64,000 bases of DNA from Mobula birostris (Eukaryota), in NCBI RefSeq assembly GCF_030028105.1, contig NC_092370.1, positions 198,816,005 through 198,880,004 on the forward strand, given 5' to 3'. How positions within the stretch are numbered: position 1 is the first letter of the stretch; every line of letters starts with the position of its first letter. Of this stretch, positions 38,217 to 51,289 are shown one piece after another. The notes below the pieces were generated by a model, which did not search any database, was not told the DNA's origin, and saw only the letters and a program-made list of their open reading frames with translations. A program made the translations under genes and the position numbers.

Positions 38217-38252
38217 AGTCCTGACGAAGGGTCTCGGCCTGAAACATCGACT
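38217..38252 (+). ncRNA. Minimal hammerhead ribozyme motif (right arm)
   Basis: AGUC-CUGACGA-AGG(GUCUCGG)CCU-GAAA-CAUC-GACU; stem I AGUC/GACU is perfect. Confidence 0.65.
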
Positions 38253-38339
38253 GCACCTCTTCCTAGAGATGCTGCCTGGCCTGCTGCGTTCACCAGCAAC
38301 TTTGATGTGTGTTGCTCTCCTCACATTCTACAGTTGTCA

Positions 38340-38475
38340 GTTAACGTACATGGGAAAGAAGTGTAGTACCTGGGGAGCATGCAAACTCCACACGGACAGC
38401 ACTTAATGATCAGGATTTAATCCAGGTTTATGAAGTTGTAAGCAACAGCACTAACTGCTGCACCACTGTGCCATC
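38340..38475 (-). mobile_element. tRNA-SINE head fragment
   Basis: GCAAACTCCACACGGACAGC...CAGGATTTAATCC...CACTAACTGCTGCACCACTGTGCC. Confidence 0.6.
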
Positions 38476-38514
38476 TCTGTAAGTCTTTCTTACATCACTA
38501 AAATGTTAAATACA

Positions 38515-38826
38515 CAGAACATAGAATATTATAGCACAGTACAGGCCCTTTGGCCCATGATGTTGTGCTGACATTTTAACCTACTCTAAGATCAATCTAA
38601 TCCTTCCCTCCTACATGGCCTTCCATTGTTCTATCATCCTTGTGCCTATCCAAGAGTTTCTTAAATGTCTTTAATATGTTTACCTCGACCACCCTTAGCT
38701 GGGTGTTCATACACCCACCACTGTGTATAAAAACTTACCTCTAACATCCCTCCTATAATTTCCTCCAATCACTGTAAAATTATGCCCATGTATTAGCCAT
38801 TTCCAGCCTGGAGAAAAGTCTCTGGC
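38515..38826 (-). mobile_element. CR1 3' end
   Basis: AGAACATAGAA tail; CACAGTACAGGCCCTTTGGCCCA; homologous to 16655-16970. Confidence 0.75.
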
Positions 38827-38946
38827 TAAGAGGACAACAGGACATCCTGGATCTTGGGTAGTGTTGATGCCAAACATGATCTTGTCCAAAATTCGGAAAT
38901 TGTCAAGGGTGCTGTAACGTCGAACCTGGCAGCATTGTCCGGAAGA

Positions 38947-39057
38947 ATCCAGACGAAGGGTTGAGGCTAAAACATCAACTGTCCTTTTCCCTCCATGGAC
39001 GCTGCCTGACCTTCTGAGTTCATCCAGATTCGAGCAGCTGCAGTCTCTCCTGTGTCC
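38947..39057 (+). mobile_element. Penelope-type terminal-repeat fragment, decayed hammerhead
   Basis: TCCAGACGAAGGGTTGAGGCTAAAACATCAACTG...GCTGCCTGACCTTCTGAGTT. Confidence 0.6.
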
Positions 39058-41363
39058 ATTTTGCACCATTGTTTCTAAATGGATTGTGTGCACGACTCTG
39101 CCTCCAACCAGCTCTTAAACTTTAGTACACCGATCCTGCACATTTTGTCATGAAAACTGGATGATGAAATATGGTATCACTCTCCCAAGTTTTCTGATTA
39201 GTAATTATAATATTGAATCATTATATATTCTGAGAAAGGAATTGGCATTTTCCTAATTTCTTGCATCATCTATTTCGATCGAAAGTACTTGTATTTATGT
39301 TGTATTCTGAAAGTAACACAATATTGCAGATAATGACAGTCGCCCACAAGGAGTTACTTGGGAGAAAGATGATCTTTGAAGTTTGTTTAGTAATGGCAGA
39401 GAGAGGGCATTCTGGAGCTTAGAACGCTGGCAGCTCCAACAGATGCACTGTAATGTATTTATTTAATGGCTGTAGGGCTTCGGGAAAACCGTGGTGGGCT
39501 TTCAGTAGACGCTCCAGGCCTTTTTATTCCATGGCCTCACAACCAGAGGGAGAGCGAAAGCACACTCACAGATTGACCCCAAACAAAACTCCCACATTCC
39601 ACAACGGATTTAATGTGTTGGCTGCACAAACAAACACAAGCACGCAAGGCAGCAGAACGCACCTAATAAAGTGCACCCGATGGCGACAAACAATACTGCT
39701 ACAAGTCCGTTTGCCACTCTAGGCCATCATTTTGCTGCAGAGTTTGTGTCAGAGGAGAAAGGCCGGCGCTCTCCCTCTCAATCTTGCAGAAAAATCTACC
39801 CCTGGATACATAGCAAATGCTGGCATCGAAAATCGCACTGGAAAGCTAACAGACCGGCCGTCAATGGTCTCACAGTGCTATCAGTGTGAAGGTAAGTCAT
39901 GTAAGCAGCGCTTTCCATTTCCCTCCCAATTAATTTCCTTTGATGCTCTCTAATGATCTTCGGTTACACGGCTTGGAAAAAGCCAGCGGTCACCCGATCG
40001 CCGCAGATCTCCTTGACCGCCGTCTCAAAACAGCGTTTTCTTTTTTCTCGCCGTTCCACACACCTCAGATGATCTCACAGTAAATCCTGTCAGATAACCA
40101 CCACACAGAAAGTGCTGTGATATCAGATGTGAAGAATGCCACCAAGGGCTTTGTACGGGGGGGGTGGGTAGAGGAGGGGAATGGGACCAAAGCCGGTAAA
40201 CAATAACGGTCTTGTCTGCTAATGCCCGCTCTGCAGCTGAGTGGAAATGCTACTTCCAGCGCTAATCTACAAACAGAATTAAACTTGTTGAAAGACACCA
40301 GATAAACAGAATTGCCGCTTTCCATATTAAAAAAAAATGAAAACTTGCTTTGTAGCGGGCCATCTTTTAGAATAAAATTGTTTTCCAATAGCCCTGGTAG
40401 ATTTTTGAATAGGATTAAAATCGACCAAAATACAGCACCTTGTAAGTGCACTGGTGCAGGGGCAGCCTTTAGTTTAATGAGAAGTCACCTTGAAATAAGC
40501 CGGATATTTAAGAAATCAACCCATTACACTCCAGCACTGATTTCTACTGGGGGGAGAATGAAATAAAAGTTTATGCTTCTTAGTGTATACTGATATTTGG
40601 TCCTGTATTATGTTAGCATTCAAATAATCCAATATCAGCAATGTTGAAAAATCTTGACTTTGACAGAGTTTCATTTGCACACAAGCTGCTTAAGAATTAT
40701 ACAACATTAAATATGACCTCAAATTATGAATGGGTAAGAATTTTTTCCAATTTAACACCAGATGATTGAAATTGCTCTATTCAACAATAAATCTGCAACC
40801 ACTCACTAGATTCCTCCACCTTTATTCTCTCAAGCTGAGTATGCGACTCATTGTTGTGCAACTCATAATTGACATTTTGTGTTTCATAAGATCTGTAAAA
40901 CCAAAACCATTTATTTCCACTCATCAATCTGTCCCTTCTTCTATTTCTCCCTCTTGCCACACTTAGATTTGGATTTCTGCTCCACTGAAATGACATTGAT
41001 CTGAAAAGTTAACTTTGTTTCTCTCTTCACAGATGCTGGCTGACCTGCTGAGTAGTTTTGACATTTTCTGTTTCCAGATTTTCAGCAGCTACGGTTCTTT
41101 GCTTTTCAGTATGGCATTTTTAAAGCTGTATTTGTGCAAGGTCGTTGCTTTTATGTATGATATGTTGTTTTGCAGTGTGAGACATAAAATTACGATGAGT
41201 TACAAAATAAATGAATAATACAGAAGAGGAATAATAAGGTAGTGTTCATGGGTTCCTGGGGTTGTGTCCCCGATTGTGCTGGTTGATCTATAACCCTTTG
41301 CAGGATATTTTGATCTTGTGGAGCCTTCATATGACCAGTCAGAATGCTCGCTGGCATAGAGTA

Positions 41364-42051
41364 CTGTGCAAAAGTCTTAGGTGCATATAATTGGTGCGAC
41401 CTGTCGTAGCCTCCTCCACATTTGTGAGACCCGTCGTAAACTGGGGGACTGCTTCATCGAACATCTCCACTCCATCTGCCAAAAGCAAAACTCTCCAGTG
41501 GCCCAACATTTTAATTCCACTTCCCATTCCGACATGTTGGTCCATGGCCTCCTCTTGTGCCACAATGAGGCCACCTTCAGAATGGAAGAACAACACCTTA
41601 TATTCCACCTGGGTAGCCTCCAACCTGATGGCATGAATATCCATTTCTCCTTCCAGTACAGAAAAATTTCCTTCCCCCTCCCCTATTCTTTTATTCCCCA
41701 CTCTGGGCTCTTTCCTCTTCTCACCTGATTCTCACCTCTACCTTGGTTCTCTCCTCCTTCCCTTTGTCCTATGGTCCACTCTTCTGTCCTACCAGATTCC
41801 CTCCTCTCCAGCCATTTACCTTTCCTACCCACCTATCACCTTCCAGCTGTCCTCCTTCCTCCTCCCAACTTTTTATTCCGGCATCATCCCCCTTCCTTCT
41901 CAGCCCGAAACAGCAACTGTGTATTCATTTCCATAGATGCGGTCTGTCTTGCTGATTTTCTCAGCATTTTGTGTGTGATGCTTTCGATTTCCAGCATCTG
42001 CAGAATATCTCATGTTCATATATAGACAGGGTGCCTAAGACTTTTGCACAG
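41364..42051. mobile_element. Tiny Tc1-type MITE interrupted by a Penelope fragment
   Basis: TA-CTGTGCAAAAGTCTTAGG ... CCTAAGACTTTTGCACAG-TA, perfect TIRs with TA TSD. Confidence 0.8.
41390..42016 (+). mobile_element. Penelope-like element 3' part (GIY-YIG endonuclease plus terminal repeat)
   Basis: LLHICETRRKLGDCFIEHL...SPVAQHFNSTSHSDM...RMEEQHLIFHLGSLQPDGMNI. Confidence 0.85.
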
Positions 42052-42145
42052 TATTGTAGTAATTTTATGTATTGCACTGTACTGCTGCCACAAAAGAACT
42101 ACATTTCATGACAGATGTGAGTGATGATAAATCTGATTCTGTTAT

Positions 42146-42478
42146 GGGACTGTATTGTGGACTGAGAGTGGGAAGGGGGCAGAGAGAGGGGAATAATGGT
42201 TGTGAAAAGGGGAAGGGAGAGGGGAGGGAGAGGGAAACTCCAGAGAGACACTCTGTAATCACCAATAAACCAATTGTTTGAAATCAAATGACCTTGCCTG
42301 GTTTCTCAGGGCTGTGCATGTCTGCACCCGCACCAACCCCACCCCCCACCCCGGCACTCCTCCAATGCCTTCGGTCCAACACTCCTCCCACGGCACTCTA
42401 CCCTGGCCATTCTCAATACCCTTTGCTCCCGCCAGATTTACAAACTCGCTCTCAACTCCACATTGACAATACAGTACT
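42146..42478. mobile_element. Unclassified element with imperfect terminal inverted repeats
   Basis: ACTGTATTGTGGACTGAGAGTG at the start vs CGCTCTCAACTCCACATTGACAATACAGT at the end; purine-rich left half, pyrimidine-rich right half. Confidence 0.45.
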
Positions 42479-43179
42479 GTACTTAGCTACTCTAGCTCTA
42501 TATATGTGTGTGTGCCTGAGACTTTCACACAATACTGTGCATCAGTGGAAATTTGCAACTGTGGTTTATGCTCATATAGCAATCTCTGCTCTTCTGTGGA
42601 CAGCCAATTTTTAATACCTTTGTATTGCCCTTCCATGTTTTGCACCCAGCTTTCTGGACAACTTAACTAATGAGTGTGACAGTGAGAACCAACCTCTAAC
42701 CATTCCATCAGTAAAGAGGTGTCCCCTGCACTTACTGATTTATCACTGTCTTACATTTATGATTTCTCATTCCGATTCCCTCAATAATGGAACCATTTCT
42801 ACATCTAGTATATCAAAGAATCTATATTAACGTATCAGATTATTATTGAAACACCCAACAGTCTTCTCTTCTTTAGAGTATAGAACAAGTTTTCTATACT
42901 TCCTGTAAGATATATTCTCTCAGTAAGTCCCAGTAAATCCTTTTGGGATGCCTTTTTATTCTTCTTATCACATGGCATCCAAACTTCTCCAAAATCAAGA
43001 TCCCAAGTGGAATCTAATCAAGATTCTATGTGATAATAATATAATTCCAGTCACAGAATCATACAGTACAGACGTTCACCATGTTCCTGTTGATCACCGT
43101 AATCTTCACGTCGACAGTATGTATTCATCTCTCCTAATCCCATTTACCAACACTTTCTTCACTGCCTTCTATGCCTATG

Positions 43180-44232
43180 GAAAAGACAGATAGTCAGAGG
43201 GGGTGGGGTGGCTCTATTGGTAAAAAATGAAATCAAATCTCTAGAAAGAGGTGATATGGGATTGGAAGATAATAGAAACCCTGTGTGTAGAGAAACTGCA
43301 AAGGAGAAAAGGACCCTGGTGGGAGTTATATACAGGTTTCTGAACAGTAGCCAGGATACGGGGTACAAATTGCGATGGGAGATAGAGAAGACATGTAAAA
43401 AGGGCAATGTTATGATAGTCATGGAAGATTTCAATATGCAGGTAGATTGGGAAAATCTGGTTGTGTTGGATCCCAAGCGAAAAAATTTGTAGAATGCCTA
43501 CAAAATAGCTTTTTAGAGCAGCTTGTGGTTGAGCCCACTCAGGGAAAGGCAATTCTGGACTGACTTTGTGTAATGAACCAGATTTGATTAGTGAGCTTGA
43601 GGTAAAGAAACGCGGAGGGACAAGTGATTATAATATGATAGAATTCATCCTGCATTTTGAGAGGGAGAAGCTAAAATTGGGTGGATCAGCATTACTGTTG
43701 AGTAAAAAACTGTAGAACAAAAGGATATGGGAATACAGATCTATAATTCCTTGAAAGTGGCATCGCAGACAGGGTCATAAAGAGAGCTTTTGGCACATAG
43801 ACCTACATAAATCAGAGTACTCAGGAGTTGGGATATTATGTTGACATGACACTGATGAGGACACATTTGGAGTACTATGTGCATTTCTAGTCACCAACGT
43901 ACAGGAAAGATATCAATATGATTGAAAGGGTAAGGAGAACATCTACAAGTTTGATTGCAAACTTTAATAGAAGTTTGGATAAACCCATGGATGAAAGGGG
44001 TATGGAGGTTTATGGTCCAGGTGTGGATCAATGGGACATGACAGAATAAGAGTTTGGCACAGACTAGATGTGCCAAAGGGCCCATTTCTGTGCTGTAGTG
44101 ATTTATGACTCAATGACTCTAAAGGTGATTACTGAGACATGAGAGAGGAGGTGATCAAAGTTGATTTGGAAGGAGACCCTAGCATGTATGACAACAGAGC
44201 AGCAATGGCAGGAGTTTCTGGGAGTAATTCAG
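43180..44232 (+). mobile_element. CR1 APE endonuclease fragment with a second CR1 3' fragment nested inside (43706-44120)
   Basis: GGVALLVKNEIKS...TLVGVIYR...IVMEDFN; the host resumes at 44121 (AAAGGTGATTAC). Confidence 0.75.
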
Positions 44233-44340
44233 AAGATCAGAATCATAATCAGGTTTATTAACACTGAAGTATGCGGAATTGTTGTTCTGTAGCAGCAGTA
44301 CAGCGCAGCACATAAAATACTATGAATTACAATAAGAACA

Positions 44341-46184
44341 CAGTGGATTCCAGTTAATTGGGCCATCAGCAAACCCCGGCAACCGCTTATTTGGGACAAC
44401 TCTTCAAGAAGAAAAACTAATTGAGACAATTACCAGGATTAGTGGTGACTGTGACTAGTGGTGTGCCGCAGGGATCAGTGCTGGGTTCCTTTTTTGTTTA
44501 TCATCTATATTAATGATCTGGATCATAATGTGGTTAACTGGATCAGCAAATTTGTGGATGACACCAAGATTGGGGGTGTAGTGGACAGTGAGGAAGGATA
44601 TCATGGCTTGCAGAGGGATCTGCATCAGTTGGAAAAATGGGCTGAAAAATGGCAGATAAAATTTAATGCAGACAAGTGTGAAGTTGTGCACTTCGGTAGG
44701 ACCAACCAGGGTAGGTCTTACACAGTGAATGGTAGGGCACTGAGGAGTGTGGTAGAACAAAGGTATCTGGAAATACAGGTGCATAATTCTTTGAAAGTGG
44801 TGTCACAGGTAGATAGGGCCGTAAAGAAAGATTTTTGGCCCATTGGCCTACATAAATCAATGTATTGAATTCAGAAGATGGGATGTTTTGTTTAAGTTGT
44901 ATAGACATTGGTTAGGCCTAATTTGGAGCATTGTGTGTAGTTTTGGTCACCTACCTACAGGAAAGATGTACTGTAAATAAGGTTGAAAGAGTACAGAGAA
45001 AACTTACAAGGATATTGCCAGGTCTGAAGGACCTGAGTTACAAGGAAAGATTGAATAGATTAGGGCTGTATTTTTTAAAATATAGAAGATGGAGAGGAGA
45101 TTTGATAGAGTTATACAAAATTATGATGGATATAGACAGGATAAACGCAAGTAGGCTTTTTCAATTGAGGTAGGGCGGGACTACAACCAGAGGTCATGGC
45201 TTAAGGGTGAAAGGTGAGAAGTTTTAGGGAAACATGAGGAGAAACTTCTTCACTCAGAGGGTCATGAGAGTGTGGAATGAGCAACAGCACAAGTGGTTCA
45301 CGCAAGCTCAGTTTCAATGTATAAGATAAATTTGGATAGGCAGAGTATATGGATAGTAGAGATACGGAGGACTATGATGCTGGTGCAGGTTGTTAAGAGT
45401 AGGCTGTTTAAATGGACTAGATGGGCCAAAGGGCTGTTTCTGTGCTGTACTTCTCTATGACTCTACAATTCCCTTCACTTATTTGGGACATTATGCCACT
45501 TAATTGGACAGGAGATGGTTGCTGAACAGTTTCTAGCTAATGTCAGTCGCTTGCATTGATGTAGCTGTTAGACATTACCTCATTCTTAGAGCGAACAGTT
45601 TTTAAATAACATCAGTTGCATGTGCTTGTATCAGAAAAGAGTGATTTTTGTCACTGATAGCTGGTTGGAAATAAACAGTAAGACAATTCAGAATTGTTTG
45701 GCTCACTGTAGTTTCAAGCATTCCAGCTTGGAGATGCCACAAATGGCTGGGAGTGAAAATAAAACCATTTCACTACTTCGGCATGTTAGGAACTACGAAG
45801 TACTTGAGAGTATCAGCAATCATGTTGAAAGTCACAGTGGAAGTGAAGATTTGGAGGATGCAATTGTCGAAAACATTGTATGAAGGCAGTTCATATCACA
45901 CTAGCTGTCTGCACTGATTTTGCTCATTTATAATCAATCTAAAGAACATGGCAGCATACTCTGGATGAATTCCTTCGTGAATAACTATTAAAGACTAATA
46001 CAGTTTTATAGTACTGTAGTAGTGTTCTAATTTGTTTTGTATTTCATTTACATGTATAATTTGTTTCTCAGTTTGTCTTTTTTTTATATAACTGTATCCA
46101 TGAAACTTCAGCTAATTGGGGCAGCCACTTAATTGGGGTAAAATGTACTGGTCCCAATGTGTCCTTATCAACCAGAATCAACTG
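44341..46184 (+). mobile_element. pogo/Tigger-derived element interrupted by a CR1
   Basis: Imperfect TIRs CAGTGGATTCCAGTTAATTGG / TATCAACCAGAATCAACTG-TA; ORF 45620-45883 (IFVTDSWLEINSKTIQNCLAHCSF) resembles the Tigger/TIGD transposase C-terminus. Confidence 0.7.
44436..45465 (+). mobile_element. CR1 LINE RT C-terminal half and 3' UTR
   Basis: SGVPQGSVLG, LFIIYINDLD...ISKFVDDTKIGG...LQRDLHQLEKWAEKWQIKFNADKCEVVHFGR. Confidence 0.92.
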
Positions 46185-46364
46185 TAAATAAACAATTAAT
46201 AAATAGTGCAAAAAGAAAACAAAATAATGAGGTAGTGTTCCTGGGTTCATGGACTGTTCAAAACTCTAATGATGGAAGGGAAGAAGCCACTCCTAAAATG
46301 CTGAGTGTGCACCTTCAGGCTCTTGTGCCTGATGATACAGGAGAACCACCACTGCCATTACTAC

Positions 46365-47380
46365 CATGATAAGACCATAAGAGCATAAGACTTTGGTCTA
46401 TTTTATCATGTGCCTCCAAGTACCCAAAACCTCATCCTTAATAATGGACTTCAACATCATCCCAACCATTGGCGTCAGACTACTGACCTATAATTTCCTT
46501 TCTTCTGCCTTCCCTTCTTAAAGAGTGGAGTGACATATGCAAACTTTCAAGTCCTCTGTAACCATCCCAGAATCTAGTAATTCTTGGAAGATTATTACTA
46601 ATGCCTTCATAATCTCTTCAGCTACCCCCTTCAGTACCCTGGGGCATAGTCCATTTGGTCCAGGTGACTTATCTACCTTATTATCTTTCAGCTTCCCAAG
46701 CACCTTCTCCTTAGTAATAGCAACTATACTCATTTATGTCCCCGACACTTCTGAATTACTGCTAGTATCTTCCATAGTGAAGACTAATGCAAAATACTTA
46801 ATATGTTTGTCTGCCATTTCTTTGACCCCCATACTACCTCTCCAGCATAATTTTTCAGCGGTCCGATATCAACTCTCATCTCTCTTTTACTCTCTCTCTC
46901 TCTATATATATCTGAAAAAGTCTTTGGTATCCTCTTTTATATTATTGGCTAGCTTATCATCATATATAATCTTTTCTTTCCTTACGGCTCTTTTAATTGT
47001 CTTCTGTTGGTTTTTAAAAGCTTCCCAATTCTCTAACTTCCCAGTGATTTTTGTTATATTATATGCCCTCTCTTTTGCCTTTATGCTGTCTTTATTTTCC
47101 TTGTCAGCCATGGTTGTGCCAACATCTCTTTAGAATAATTCTTTATTTTTGGGATGAATCTATCCTGTGCCTTGCAAGTTGCATTCAGCCTTTGCTGTTC
47201 TGCCATCATCCCTGCTGGTGTTCTCTTCCAATCAACTTTGGCCAGCTGCTCTCTCATGCCTCTGTAATTTCCTTTACTCCAGTGTAACACTGGTATGTCT
47301 GACTTCATCTTCTCCCTCTCAAACTGCAGGGGGAATTCTACCGTATTATGATCACTGTTTCCTAAGTGTTCCATTACCTT
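46365..47380 (-). mobile_element. CR1 ORF2 fragment (end of endonuclease to start of RT)
   Basis: HLGNSDHNTVEF...; KVLGKLK..KVDKSPGPNGLCPRVLK. Confidence 0.8.
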
Positions 47381-49268
47381 AAGCTCATCCTTAACAATTG
47401 ACTCTAAAATCTTCCCAACCACTGAGGTCAGGCTAACTGGTCTAAAATTTCCATTCTGCTGCTTCCCTCCTTTCTTAAAGAGTGGAGTGACATTTGCAAT
47501 TTTCCAGTGCTCCAGAACTATGCCAGAGTCCAATGAATCCTGAAAGATTGTTACTAATGCCACCAGAATGTCTACCACCACCTCTTTCCAAACCCTGGGT
47601 GCAGTTCCACTGGTCTGGGTGACTTATGGACCTATAGGTCTTTCAGCTTTTTGAGCACCTTCTCCCTTGTAATAGTAACTGCACTTACTTCTCTTCACTC
47701 ACTCCCTTCAACACTTGGCACATTACTAGTGTCTTCCACAGTGTAGACTGATGCAAAATACTCATTTAGTTCATCTGCCATCTCCTTGTCCCCTGTTATT
47801 ATTTCCCTGGCTTCGTTTTCTGGTGGTCTTATTTCCACTCTCATCTCTCTTTTATTTTCTATATACTTGAAAAAGCTTTTCCATTCCACCTTGATACTGT
47901 TTGCTAGCCTGCTTCCATATTTCATCTTTTCACGCCTAATGATTATTTTAGTTGTATTCTGTAGGTTTTTAAAAAACTTCCCAATCCTCTATTTTCCCAC
48001 TAATTTTTGCTTTGTTGTATGCCTTCTCTTTGCTTGTACATTAGCTTTGACTTCCCTTGTCAGCCACATTTGTACTATTTTGCCATTTGAGAATTTCTTT
48101 GTTTTTGAAATACATCTGTCCTGCACCTTCTTCATTTTTCCAAGAAACTCACGCCTTTGCTGCTCTGCCATCCCTGCCAGCGTCTCCTTCCAATTTACTT
48201 TGACCAACTCCTCTCTCGTACTTCTGTAATTTCCTTTACTCCACTGAAATACTGCTACGTCAGACTTTACCTTCCCTCTATCAAACTTGAAGTTGAACTC
48301 AATGATATTGTGACCACTGTCTCCTAAGTGTGCCTTTTCCTTAAGCTCCCTAATCGCCTCTGGTTCATTACAAAACACCCAGTCTAGTTTAGCTGATCCC
48401 CTAGTAGGCTCAATGACATGCTGCTCTAGAAAGCCAACTTGTAAGCATGCAACAAATTCACTCTCTTGAGATCCATTACCAACCTGATTTTCCCAATCTA
48501 CCTGCGTGTTAAAATCTCCCATGACGATCATAACATTGCCCTTTTAAGATGCCTTTTCTATTTCCCGCTGTAATCTGTAGTCCACATTCCAGGTACTCTT
48601 TGGAGGCTGGTATATAACTGCCATCAGGGTCCTTTTATCCTTGCAGTTTCTTAACTAAACCCACAAGGTTTCAACTTTTTCCTACCCTATATCACATCTT
48701 TCTAATGATTTGATTCCATTCTTTACCAACAGAGCCATACTACCCACTCTGGCTGCCTTCCTATCTCTCCGATACAATGTGTAACCTTGGATATTTAACT
48801 CCCAACTACAACCATCCTTCAGCCATGATTCAGTGATGGCCACAACATCATACCCAGCAATCTGTAAAAGTGCAACAAGATCATTCGCCTTTGAATACTG
48901 TATTGGCTACCTTTTCTGATTCTGCACCCCTAATAAACCGATACTCACCCTGCTGGCTGCAATGTTGTCCTATCATCTGCCTGCCCTTCTTGACAGTCTG
49001 ACTGCATGCTATCTTTGTATTTTTACCATCCATCCATCACTCCGATTCTCATACCCTTGTCAAATTAGTATAAACCCTCCACAAAAGCTCTAACAAGCCT
49101 GCCCACAAGAATATTGGTCCCCCTCGTGTTCAAGTGCTACCCATTTCTTTTGTGCAGGTCATACCTCCCACAGAAGAGATCCAAATGATCCAAGAACCCG
49201 AAGCCCTGCCGCTTGTACCAGCTTCTCAGCCATGCGTTAATCTGCCAAATCATCCTGTTTCTACCCTC
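47381..49268 (-). mobile_element. CR1 fragment: ORF1 esterase end plus ORF2 endonuclease/linker
   Basis: ORF1-like RNRMIWQINAWLRSWYKRQGFGFLDH; endonuclease IVMGDFN...EPTRGSAKLDWVF...LGDSGHNII; WKIANVTPLFKKG...NFRPVSLTSVVGKILE. Confidence 0.88.
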
Positions 49269-49269
49269 A

Positions 49270-50200
49270 CCTTTTGAAAATGACCTCAGTAGCAGGGAGG
49301 TTAGTGCCCATGATGGAGCTGGCTGTGTTTGCAATCCTCAGCAGCTTTTTCTGATCCATTGGCATCTCCATACCAGATGGTGGTGCAACCAGTCAAAATT
49401 CTCTGCATAGTACATCTGAAGGAGTTTGCCAGATTCTTTGGTGACATACTAAATCTCAAACTCCTAATGAAATATGTTAGGCCCTGGATAGATCTTCAGA
49501 GGTGTTGACACTAGGAACCTGAAGCTGCTCACCCTTTCCATTGCTGACACCTTGATGAGAACTACTGTGTGTTTTCCTGATTTCCTCTTCCCGAAGTCCA
49601 CACTTAGTTTCTTGCTGTTATGATGTTGGGTGAAAGTTTTTTGCTGCAACCACTCAACAGGCCAATCTGCACTCAGTGGCCACTTTATTTGGTACAGGAG
49701 TGAAACCCCATGTGGTCCTCTGCTGCTGTAGCCTATTTACTTCAAGGTTTGTCACTTCAAGGTATGTGTCGTGGGTTCAGAGATGCTCTTTTGCACACCA
49801 TGTAGTTTTTTTGAGTTACTGTCACCTTCCTGTCATCTTCAGCCAATCTGGCCATTTTCCTCTGACTCTCACATTAGTAAAGCATTTTGACCCACAGAAT
49901 TGCCGCTCACTGGATGTCCTTTTGTTTTTCACGGCATTCTCTGTAATCTCTAGAGGATGAAAATCCCAGGCGATCCGCAGTTTCTGAGATCCTCAAACCA
50001 TGAGTGTAGAGTGAAGAGAGCAGTGGGCTATGCACACATCCTTGAATTGTTTGTCAGCAAGGAGGAGATGTTATTTCCAATCCACATTGACTGTGGTCTC
50101 CCAATGAGCAAGTCAAGGATCCATTTGCGAGGGAGGTACAAAGGCCCAGGTTTTGAAGCTTGTTGATTAGTACTAATGGTGTTGAATGCTGAGCTATAAT
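49270..50200 (-). mobile_element. Rex1/Babar RT fragment interrupted by a Tc1 derivative (49670-50006)
   Basis: YSSAFNTI, WILDLLIGRPQSMWIGNNISS, KKLSVDFGK; Tc1 TIR CACTCAGTGGCCACTTTATT at 49670. Confidence 0.7.
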
Positions 50201-51289
50201 ACTGGTGTGGATAGAAGAATATCTGATTAGCAGAAGACAAAGAGTGGTCATAAAGGGGGCCTTTTCTGGTTAGCTGCCAGTGACTAGTGGTGTCCCACAG
50301 GGATTGGTGTTTAGTGTGCTACTTTTCAGGTTATAAGTCAATGGTGTTGATGAAAGAATTGATAGCTTTCTGGACAAGCTCGAGAATACTGCACAGATCA
50401 GTGGGGGGAGGTGGTGGCAGCCGTGTTGAGGAAGCAGGAAATCTGCAGAAAGACTTGATCAGATGATGGCCAAGGAAGTGGCAGATGCAATAGAGTGTAG
50501 GGAAATGTATGTTATGCACTTTGGTGGAAAGAATAAAGGCACAGACTATTTTCTAAACAGGGACCAATTTTCAGAAATCAGAGGTGCAAAGGGACTTGGG
50601 AGTCATAGTGCAGGATTCCCTGAAAGATAAGTCACTAGCTTGGAATGCAAATGCAATGTTAGCCTTAATTTTGAGAGGGCTACAATATAAAAACAAAGAT
50701 ATAAAGCAGAGACTTTGTAAGGCATTGATCAGACCACGGCTGGAGTACTGTGAGCACTTTTGTGCCACAATGCATGCTGGCAATATCAGAACCCAAGTGC
50801 GGAGGAAAGACAGACTCTAAGATGAGAGTTTATTCGTAATAATTCCAAAAGAACATCAGTGGCTCGACCGAGCAACATCACGAGAAGTAACATTCTCAAA
50901 ACTAGGACTCCGCAATTAGTGCTAATCAGTATCCACTTATATAATACAGGTAACATGGAATCCCTGAGCCTATCAAAATAAATGTAACAAGTTTAAACAG
51001 AAAGCACCAGGAGACCATGTTACAAAGAGAGAGTCACTCAAGAAAAACATGAGGAGCTCTAAACAATTACAGCTCTCGTTAAACAGCAATTAACCAATTC
51101 GGGTCCTCTAAAAACCTCAGAGCCCAACACTCTCCAGCGCCCCATATGTCCAAAGAGCTCATTACAGTGCCACCCTACCGCTATAGCCAGGGAGACCTGA
51201 AAATTCAAGATCCAGGGCAATTTGAGAGTCCTGGGAAACCGCAGGAAGGAGGCATGGGAAACCTTGAGAGGGGCTTTGAGGGGTTCCTG

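Larger units (their letters stand above)
37401..38314 (+). mobile_element. Penelope-like element: truncated GIY-YIG end plus terminal repeat, with an inverted terminal repeat at the 5' side
   Basis: RLEEQHLIFRLGSLQPDGMNIDFSNFR* at ~37830-37915; ~290-bp inverted arms 37431-37720 / 38026-38316; flanking direct repeat CTCTCCTCACATTC at 37387-37400 and 38315-38328. Confidence 0.88.

Noticed and set aside
46537-47133. 198-aa ORF, the longest in the track
   Set aside because: Antisense to CR1 ORF2
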